A stretch of 64,000 nt of DNA, taken from Spirochaetaceae bacterium (GTDB taxonomy: Bacteria; Spirochaetota; Spirochaetia; DSM-2461). Below are positions 56,857 to 64,000 of this stretch, in pieces. Within the stretch, counting starts at the first letter, position 1. Every line of letters starts with the position of its first letter. Under the pieces are notes generated by a model. That model saw only the letters and a program-made list of their open reading frames with translations, had not been told where the DNA came from and did no database searches. The stretch lies in assembly GCA_051531975.1 (NCBI GenBank), contig JAOPTT010000002.1, positions 569,968 through 633,967 of the forward strand. The letters are read 5' to 3'. The translations under genes and the position numbers were made by a program.

Positions 56857-57257
56857 TCAGGTACTACTCCTGTAATAATGATGGTGTAAGCCACTTAATA
56901 TCTGTTGTTTTTTGATATTTCCAGAGGTTTGATATATGTAGCCCTCTGGAATTCTCTTAATTCCTTGATGTGGACGGAGAAGGTTATAATAATCTACGTA
57001 CTCCTTTATGATATTCCGGACCTGCTTCTCTGAGAACAATAGAAAATGATCTGTTACTTTTCTGGAAAGCTTGAAAATCAGAGTAAGGAAAAGTCTATCT
57101 CTCCTTTTAAAGAGTTATGAATCTTCTTATGATTTAATTGTCTCTTATAGATCTGATTCTCCTTTTCCAATGCCATGAAGGTGAATATTAGGTCTTTTCT
57201 TTTTGTGAATAAAATTTTAAAGATTGAATTGAGTAATATAGCTATGAAGTTAAACAT
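56857..57257 (-). pseudogene. Second transposase remnant of the same IS family (frameshift and large internal deletion)
   Basis: MFNFIAILLNSIFKILFTKRKDLIFT...KENQIYKR, frameshift, RDRLFL...KVTDHFLLFSEKQVR...YYNLLRPHQG...GLHHHYYR. Confidence 0.8.
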
Positions 57258-57456
57258 ATTTCATTATCGGTAGTCTTTATTAAGGAATATCTTCCACATT
57301 AGCGTAAAAAGCCATAGTACGCCCTTCGCAATATATCTCTAGTCTATATGTAATCATTCTGCTAAAAGTTAATATGTATCGTTAAAAAAAATACATATTT
57401 ATATCATAAAAAATCAACTTTTAAAATAAGCTACAGAACGGGGCACGGGCTCTTAT

Positions 57457-58254
57457 TTAACCCATTTGTCTGAATTTCCTTGGAGAAAAACCAGTCTGTT
57501 TCTTAAATGTCCGGCTGAAATAGCTTATTTCATTAAATCCGGTATCCATAGCGATTAATGAAATCTGATCAGTGGTATTGGTTAATAATATTCTAGCCTT
57601 TGATATTCGAATCTCCAGAAGATCCTTTATGGGACTGATGTGAAAGAACTGCTTGTATAAGACGGCAAAGCGGTTTTCTGATAAATTTGCCATTTCCGCC
57701 AGTTCCTTGATGGTCCAGTTTTTATAGGAGTTATTGTAGAGTTTTTCCCGAATATTGCAGAATAGGAGATAGTGGTAGGTATTATCAAATTCCCCGGTCA
57801 TTTTGTTTTTATTATGGTTATAATTTCGTCCGGTCAACCTGAGAAGCTCATGTATTTTTCCTGATATCTGCTCGGTGCTGAACTTCTCCTTTCTCGCGGT
57901 TTCCTTACGAATTTCAAGCAGAATCGGCACTATAAAATCGGTATTTAGGGGACTGAAATATTCATTTAATGGGATGTTGTACTTTAATAATATTTTTTCA
58001 ATATCATTCCCGCTGATGTGGATCCAGTCATTGATAAAACCACATTTATACCCCCTGCACCACTGTGGAAATCCGGGTGTATGGAGAATCATATCACCCT
58101 CATGACAGATCTGTCTGCCATGGCGGGTGTTATTTTCTGTTCTTGTATAGAAGCGCATCAGCAGATAATCATTGCAGCCTCTGGGGCGGATAACAGTAAA
58201 ATCTTTTTGATGATTTGTTGAAACTCCAAATGCTGAAGACCTTAATAAATCCAT
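57457..58254 (-). CDS. AraC-family transcriptional regulator
   Basis: RPRG cupin-like N-terminus; WTIKELA, GFNEISYFSRTFKK.TG.SP..FR. Confidence 0.93.
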   Translation of the reverse strand: MDLLRSSAFGVSTNHQKDFTVIRPRGCNDYLLMRFYTRTENNTRHGRQICHEGDMILHTPGFPQWCRGYKCGFINDWIHISGNDIEKILLKYNIPLNEYFSPLNTDFIVPILLEIRKETARKEKFSTEQISGKIHELLRLTGRNYNHNKNKMTGEFDNTYHYLLFCNIREKLYNNSYKNWTIKELAEMANLSENRFAVLYKQFFHISPIKDLLEIRISKARILLTNTTDQISLIAMDTGFNEISYFSRTFKKQTGFSPRKFRQMG

Positions 58255-58401
58255 TATTCAACCTTTTGTTATCAATATCAATCGATTCAGTATTTTATAT
58301 CTGATAAAAGAATAAGTCAAATTGTTAAAAGTATCCTTCTTGTGGATTTTTTTTAATAATTTATCATTACTTAGAATCTTAAAGCAAAATTCCATAAAAG
58401 G

Positions 58402-59418
58402 ATGGTCTATATGAAAACAGTAAAAATTATAGGAAAAAAGAAAGCAGGTCTGGAAGATGTTAAAGACTTAGTTCCAAAAAATGATCTTGTGGTAATTAAA
58501 ATTCACTCAGCTCCCATGTGCACTGAATACCATAACTTTGAAAACGGCAATGAGGGTATCAGTTTTGGCCATGAGGCGGCAGGTGAAGTGGTTGCAGTTG
58601 ACAAAGCCAATACAGTCAAAGTGGGGGACAGGGTCTTAGTTCATCCCCAGACTCCCTGTGGAAAGTGTAACCTGTGTCTTGAAGGTAATTTTGTTCATTG
58701 TGAAAACAGCAGGGATTACCTGAGTGAAAGTGACAATGAAACAGATACAGGTACTATGGCTCAGTATATGCTTAAGTCAGAGTACTCGTTGAACATCATT
58801 CCTGAAGGTCTGAGTTATGATCATGCCTCCATGGGTTTATGCGCCCTAGGACCAACATTCGGTTCCATGCAGTTAATGAATGTAAACTCTTTTGATACTG
58901 TTCTGATTTCCGGACTTGGAGCTGTAGGTCTGGGTGGTATTGTAAACGCCAGGTACAGAGGGGCAAAAGTTATTGGAATAGATACCAATCCATATCGAAT
59001 GAATCTGGCTAAGGAACTTGGAGCATTTGCCGTCATTGATCCCGTTAATGAGAATGTGGCAGAAAGAGTGAAGGAATTGACCGGAGGATTGGGGGCGGAT
59101 AAAGCCATTGAGACCAGCGGTGTGGGTTCTACCAAACCTATTCTTGTTGATTCTGTCCGCCGGAAAGGGAGTATAGCCCTTGTAGGCTGGAATGGATCAC
59201 TCGATGCTAGTGAGATAATCGGGAAAGGATTAGTCATATATGGTGCCTGGCATTATAATAAAAGCGATACCCATAAGCTCTTTAAAATGATTGGAGATAT
59301 TCCGGAGCAGCTTGACAGACAGCTGACTCACGCCTTCCCCATGAGGGATATTCAGAAGGCATGGGAACTGCAGTGCACCGGCCAGTGTGGCAAGGTTATC
59401 CTTCATCCCTGGGAGTAA
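58402..59418 (+). CDS. Zinc-dependent (sugar) alcohol dehydrogenase
   Basis: MCTEYH, GHEAAG, CGKCNLC...C structural Zn site, GLGAVG. Confidence 0.93.
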   Translation: MVYMKTVKIIGKKKAGLEDVKDLVPKNDLVVIKIHSAPMCTEYHNFENGNEGISFGHEAAGEVVAVDKANTVKVGDRVLVHPQTPCGKCNLCLEGNFVHCENSRDYLSESDNETDTGTMAQYMLKSEYSLNIIPEGLSYDHASMGLCALGPTFGSMQLMNVNSFDTVLISGLGAVGLGGIVNARYRGAKVIGIDTNPYRMNLAKELGAFAVIDPVNENVAERVKELTGGLGADKAIETSGVGSTKPILVDSVRRKGSIALVGWNGSLDASEIIGKGLVIYGAWHYNKSDTHKLFKMIGDIPEQLDRQLTHAFPMRDIQKAWELQCTGQCGKVILHPWE

Positions 59419-59474
59419 TTTCTAGCTAACTTATGAAAAAATGGAAGCAAATAAATAAAATATAGGAGAACATT

Positions 59475-60377
59475 ATGAGAATAGGTGGACCGATTTTCCA
59501 AAAAACAACAAGTATTGACCAGCTGATAAAATTACACAGGCAGTTGGGTTTTGGCGCCACATATACAAACTGGATAGAAGACAGGATTGCCAGGGAAGAG
59601 TATGTGGCCGCTTTCAAAGAGGCTGACATATGGCTGGCAGAACTGGGAGCCTATTGTATCAATATTCTGGATACAGATTCTGCCAAAAGAAAGAATAATA
59701 TTGATCTTATCTGTCAAAAACTGGAGCAGGCCGATGAAATGGGTGTGAGATGTTGTGTCATTCATGGCGGTTCCTATGAGACTGGCGGCTGGGGAAGGGC
59801 CAATCCTGCCAATCTTTCAGATAAGGCTTTTGGTGAAACTGTAGGTATCATCAAAAACATCCTTGATCGGGTCAATCCGAAAACCACAAAGCTGGTTTTA
59901 GAGACTGAATCTTATCTATTCCCTGATAGCCCCGAGTCTTATAAAAAGATCATTGATGCTGTGGATGATGATCGCTTGGCTGTTCATCTTGATCCGGTCA
60001 ATATCACATGCAGTCCCAGACGAGTCTATTTTAATGATGATTTTTTACGGTCCTGTTTTTCAATCCTCGGTGATAAAATCATCAGTTGCCATGCTAAAGA
60101 CTTTAATATGGAGCCAACCTGGCCCACTGTTAAAATTGACGAAACCTTTATGGGTGATGGTGTTTTAAACTACCAGGTATACCTGAAAGAGATTGAAAAA
60201 ATGTCTGTACCTCCAACTCTGATGATTGAACATCTGAATGAAAACCAGCTTGTTAAGGCTCTGAATTATATTTTTGCAGAAGCAGATAAGGCGGGAATTG
60301 TATTCGAAGGTTCCTCAGAAAGAATTCCCTTTGAAGCGGGTGAAGGCGGCGATGTTTATTTTGCTCCTCATTTGTAG
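59475..60377 (+). CDS. Sugar phosphate isomerase/epimerase (xylose-isomerase-like TIM barrel)
   Basis: LVLET, HLDPVN, CHAKD, GDGVLNY, MIEH metal ligands. Confidence 0.88.
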   Translation: MRIGGPIFQKTTSIDQLIKLHRQLGFGATYTNWIEDRIAREEYVAAFKEADIWLAELGAYCINILDTDSAKRKNNIDLICQKLEQADEMGVRCCVIHGGSYETGGWGRANPANLSDKAFGETVGIIKNILDRVNPKTTKLVLETESYLFPDSPESYKKIIDAVDDDRLAVHLDPVNITCSPRRVYFNDDFLRSCFSILGDKIISCHAKDFNMEPTWPTVKIDETFMGDGVLNYQVYLKEIEKMSVPPTLMIEHLNENQLVKALNYIFAEADKAGIVFEGSSERIPFEAGEGGDVYFAPHL

Positions 60378-60457
60378 AAAAAAGAGGAAATAAGAGAACC
60401 TGTGAAATTCTGTTTAGAGAAATATTAAATTGTTATATAAGAGAGAGGGATTTTAAT

Positions 60458-61573
60458 ATGAAAGAATTGAAAATTGCTATAATCGGCTGCGGCCCCCGAG
60501 CCACAAGACATGCGGCAGCCTATGGGAATATTGAAAATACCAGGCTTGTTGCCTGCTGCTACAGGAGCAAGGAAGAGCAGAATGATTTTGCACAAAAATA
60601 CAGCTGTAAACCCTACTTTAACCCGGAAGAGATGATCAAAGAGGAAAAACCGGATATCGTGCACATTGTGACTCCCGTTTTCAGTCACGCGGAAATGCTG
60701 GAGATTGTCTGTAAATTGAATGTTCCCGCCTGTCTGTGTGAAAAACCACTTTGTGTGGGTGTCAAGGATTACAACCGAATCAGAAAAGCTGTAAGGGCAT
60801 CAAAAACTAAAATTGTGGTGAACCATCAGTTCCGGTATCATCGTGATCTTGTTAAGTGTGCCGAGGCTGTTGCCTCTGGAAAACTGGGTAAAATCCGGTA
60901 CTGTGAATTTTCCTGCGGCATGTCTATGAACCAGCAAGGAACCCATGTTCTGGATTATATTCTTAAATTACTGGGAGATCCCAAAGTGGAATCCGTATAT
61001 GGTGCTGCGGGTTCACCCGATCCGGCAGAACCCAGACATCCCGCTCCCAAAGGGACCGTGGCCCAGGTAAAGTTTGACAACGGAGTTTATGGTACCTGGG
61101 TAACAGGAGAGTCCGCCCCCATCGTTGCAGATGACGGCACAAATTTTAAACACTGCCGGGAAGCTGTCTACTGCGAAAATGGCTGGGTCACCTATGAAGA
61201 ATTTGGGGAGTGGCGCATTGTCTCCCCCGATGGAGTTGAGAGCGGCGTCATTGAGTTTAATGCAGGTGGTGGAGATGCGGAAACTCAGATGAGTGAGTCA
61301 AAAACAGAGTGGGACATTGAAAATGATAGCGCTCAGGAAAAACTCACCCTGTCATTGATTGATTGGCTTCTGGATGATAATAAAGTCTCACCATCAAATA
61401 TTGGACATGCCTTTGATGAGTGGAATGCCGTCCTTGCCCTTTATCAATCCTCTTTAACAGGAGAGATTGTCAAGCTTCCTTTTGATCCTCCTGATGACCT
61501 GTTTGAAAAGATGGGACTCATCAAGTATGTCGATCCCAAGTATCTGGAGTATGTTAAGAAAAATATACTTTAA
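60458..61573 (+). CDS. Gfo/Idh/MocA-family oxidoreductase
   Basis: IAIIGCG, CEKP, NHQFRY, QGTHVLD. Confidence 0.92.
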   Translation: MKELKIAIIGCGPRATRHAAAYGNIENTRLVACCYRSKEEQNDFAQKYSCKPYFNPEEMIKEEKPDIVHIVTPVFSHAEMLEIVCKLNVPACLCEKPLCVGVKDYNRIRKAVRASKTKIVVNHQFRYHRDLVKCAEAVASGKLGKIRYCEFSCGMSMNQQGTHVLDYILKLLGDPKVESVYGAAGSPDPAEPRHPAPKGTVAQVKFDNGVYGTWVTGESAPIVADDGTNFKHCREAVYCENGWVTYEEFGEWRIVSPDGVESGVIEFNAGGGDAETQMSESKTEWDIENDSAQEKLTLSLIDWLLDDNKVSPSNIGHAFDEWNAVLALYQSSLTGEIVKLPFDPPDDLFEKMGLIKYVDPKYLEYVKKNIL

Positions 61574-61582
61574 AAATAAATC

Positions 61583-61613
61583 TTCTATTCTCATGTATTA
61601 CATGAGAATAGAA
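61583..61613. terminator. Near-perfect palindrome / terminator after the oxidoreductase operon
   Basis: TTCTATTCTCATGTA-T-TACATGAGAATAGAA. Confidence 0.7.
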
Positions 61614-61921
61614 AATCCAGAGTAAACAAATGACGCCAATATGAGGCTCTTATTATCTTTATATGGCCGAACTGACAATAAATTACCGCCAAAAAATATT
61701 TAAGTAATTCCACAGACCTATTAATATGCTGATTCTATAAATATGCTACATCTTAAATCATTATTTAATCCCATTGGCAGTCACTATTTGCCTATGACTT
61801 TTTACTGTCGATACCTTTTCTCTTTTACCTTCACCAAGACAAGTGTTTTCAAATATAGGTGAAAACCTTTAATTTACCGGTTATCATCAAGATATGTGCT
61901 GATTAACTGTTTCTGGTGAAA

Positions 61922-62359
61922 CTATATTTGTATTCCATTTATTACTAAGAAATCATATGGTGTCTTAACCACTAGTTTCGATATAACAGGATAATGTTTG
62001 AAGTTTCGCGTTACAAACAAATCCATATTAGCTTGCAGTGCAGATTTAAATTGAAACATATCTGCAAGATCTTTTATATTAGATTCATCCAGTGCATCTT
62101 TTACTGTTTCTTCATCTATAGATGTTAGACTAAATAATTTTGTCAACTTCCTCATCACATTTAATCTATCATCTTTTCTTAAATCTTTTCTAATTAAATA
62201 ATAAATATTGGCAATTATAAGTGGTGACGTATATAAAACATAATCAGGACTAGTTTCCACATAGTCAATAAACTTTATAGAGGTTTGTGATAATGTTTAA
62301 TCTTCCCGTTTAATTAGTACATCTAAAATAACATCTGAATCTATAAAGACTTTAATCAT
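61922..62359 (-). pseudogene. PIN-domain (VapC-like) toxin with an in-frame TAA at codon 21
   Basis: MIKVFIDSDVILDVLIKRED*TLSQ...IANIYYLIRK...DLAD...VTRNFKHY; stop at 62297-62299. Confidence 0.85.
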
Positions 62360-62621
62360 TTAAATACTTCTTTTCCAGATACCTATGATAACCATCTTTA
62401 GCATTAGTATTTTCACGATTCTCTTCACCTAATATCCCAACCAAAGAACGAAGAGTCTTAGACTTAGGAGTATAAGTACTTTCCTCATTTCCCTTTAATA
62501 ATTCTCTTAGATAATCTTCTACAAGATGAGAAACACTGGTCTTATGGTTTTTTGCATAGGACTTAGCTTGCAGCTTGATATTCCCATCAATTAGTAAGTT
62601 TAATGTTTAACTTTCACTCAT
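62352..62621 (-). pseudogene. DUF6364-like (RHH) antitoxin with an in-frame TAA at codon 5
   Basis: MSES*TLNLLIDGNIKLQAKSYAKNHKTSVSHLVEDYL...SLVGIL...YHRYLEKKY; overlaps the toxin start; absent from the ORF track. Confidence 0.8.
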
Positions 62622-62635
62622 GGCATTTTCCTTCT

Positions 62636-62672
62636 ACACGCATAATATACACCCTCTATACGCATACGTCAA
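62636..62672 (-). promoter_or_regulatory. TA operon promoter with repeated TATGCGT motif (possible autorepression sites)
   Basis: TTGACG-N17-TATATT; TATGCGTA in the spacer and TATGCGTG overlapping/after the -10. Confidence 0.6.
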
Positions 62673-62873
62673 AAGTCTATGGGACTATTAGTATATTCAT
62701 GAAATTATTGTTTTTGAAAATGATGACAATAAGAATATTGACCTATTTCCTGAGATTCGTCAGGAAGGGTATGGGTCAATAGTCTTTGGCCTCCCTTTGT
62801 GGTGAACACCATGACAAGCTGCCGGTAAAAGATCCAGATGGTACCTGGGGTTGGATAATATATACTATGGTAT

Positions 62874-63644
62874 TTATTTCTTCATAACATCCTGAATAAT
62901 CAAACCGGCTAAAGTAAAACCAAATAGTCCTGTAATATGGGTTATAGAACCATTAATCTGTTTCTTTGTACTACACCATTCATGAACCTCGTCACACCCC
63001 TCTTTTTTAGGGCATACACAGTTTCCAGATCCACAACCGATATTAACTTCGTGGGTTGGTAGTACTTCATCACTAAACACACATAGAAACTTTTTAGTAA
63101 CTCCAATTCTTTTAAGTCTGTTTCGAACAAGCCGGCCTAAAGGGCAACCATATGTTTTCCAGATCTGTTTAACCTGAACTCGGGAGGCATCTATCTTAGA
63201 TGCTGCTCCAAATGATGAGTAGAGTATGGTATCAGAAGAGAGAGCATGGGATATAAGTTCAACCTTGCAGCTTAAAGAGTCTATTGCATCAATTACATAG
63301 TCATAACTATTAAGATCAAATTCCTCCCTTGTCTCCTTACTATATATCTTTTCAATAGCTGTAATATTAACCTTAGGGTTTATATCGATTAACCTATTTC
63401 TAAGTGCAATAACCTTTACTTCTCCAACGGTTTTTGTTGTAGCCTGTAACTGTCTATTAATGTTCGTAACACAGACCAGATCCGAATCAACTATAGTAAT
63501 ATCAACTATACCGGATCGAACCAATGACTCTGCACACCAGCTACCTACTCCACCAACACCAAAGATAATAACCTTGGTATTCTGAAGTTTGTTAAACACC
63601 TCTTGGCCAGTTAAACGTAATAATCTGTTAAAAATAATACTCAT
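62874..63644 (-). CDS. tcdA: tRNA threonylcarbamoyladenosine dehydratase (ThiF/E1-like)
   Basis: GVGGVGSW, DSDLVCVTNINRQ, YDYVIDAID, CVFSDE. Confidence 0.88.
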   Translation of the reverse strand: MSIIFNRLLRLTGQEVFNKLQNTKVIIFGVGGVGSWCAESLVRSGIVDITIVDSDLVCVTNINRQLQATTKTVGEVKVIALRNRLIDINPKVNITAIEKIYSKETREEFDLNSYDYVIDAIDSLSCKVELISHALSSDTILYSSFGAASKIDASRVQVKQIWKTYGCPLGRLVRNRLKRIGVTKKFLCVFSDEVLPTHEVNIGCGSGNCVCPKKEGCDEVHEWCSTKKQINGSITHITGLFGFTLAGLIIQDVMKK

Positions 63645-63801
63645 GGTAGTTTTATATCATACCTATTATGTCTATTCCAAGACTATAATGTGTAAAAACC
63701 CTATAATTATAAACATGGGAAATTACTCTAACTCGTTTTTATTTATATATTACCCAGAGTATTTGATTAGTAAATTCAGTTCTATATAAACTTGGATCTA
63801 T

Positions 63802-63999
63802 TTAATCCCAGGGTTCAAAACCTCTCTCTTCATGATCTTTACTCCATGGTTTAAAGTTTTTATTTATAACTGGTATTTTAGCTGCTTTATCTTTTTGCCA
63901 AGTTAAGAGTAGATCTTTTAATCTATTTTTATGTTCTATCTCAACTCTAGATAGATCAATTTTTTCACTTGGATCATTTTCTAAATTATATAATTCAAA
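63802..63999 (-). CDS. 3' end of a sulfatase-family protein, truncated by the window edge
   Basis: Manual translation FELYNLENDPSEKIDL...LLTWQK...AKIP.INKNF, a typical sulfatase C-terminal motif. Confidence 0.75.
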   Translation of the reverse strand, partial: FELYNLENDPSEKIDLSRVEIEHKNRLKDLLLTWQKDKAAKIPVINKNFKPWSKDHEERGFEPWD

Positions 64000-64000
64000 C

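Noticed and set aside
62736..62855. TPP riboswitch, SRP RNA or 6S RNA
   Set aside because: CTGAGA and ATACCC are on opposite strands, and the SRP and 6S core motifs are missing
63589..63789. 66-aa ORF overlapping the tcdA start on the opposite strand
   Set aside because: Low-complexity AT-rich ORF without RBS or motifs
1..64000. CRISPR arrays, rRNA genes, prophage or integron cassette arrays
   Set aside because: No regularly spaced repeats, rRNA-like tracts, phage structural genes or integrase were seen by eye; short degenerate repeats could have been missed

Overview
AT-rich bacterial chromosomal window, probably from a free-living spirochaete. This is inferred from the ...FANGQKEE type signal peptide and the short lipoboxes. 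Left to right it holds: the end of a GGDEF gene; PAS and Cache hybrid kinases with an orphan binding protein and a hemerythrin; two paralogous modules (MalT-like STAND/LuxR regulator + ~72-aa conserved protein + variable cargo) flanking an exosortase K/MSEP-CTERM pair; a MoxR-type AAA+/DUF2201-vWA/small-ORF operon next to a Shango-type anti-phage system; an unknown 505-aa membrane protein with a structured leader; an FMN-riboswitch ribD-E-BA-H operon; an MCP and a kinase sharing a Cys-rich PAS domain; a TPR-POTRA-Omp85-like protein heading an ABC exporter/two-component operon; a rhamnose ABC uptake cluster; and a decayed mobile region (tRNA 3' fragment, two IS remnants, a DUF5519 gene, a GC-richer sugar-catabolic cassette, a doubly inactivated PIN toxin-antitoxin pair). 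It ends with tcdA and the 3' end of a sulfatase gene. No rRNA, intact tRNA or CRISPR array was seen. The best candidates for undescribed systems are the duplicated STAND/small-protein module with its covarying palindrome, the MoxR-vWA triad beside Shango, and the shared Cys-PAS sensor. All family names come from motif recognition, not from database searches.
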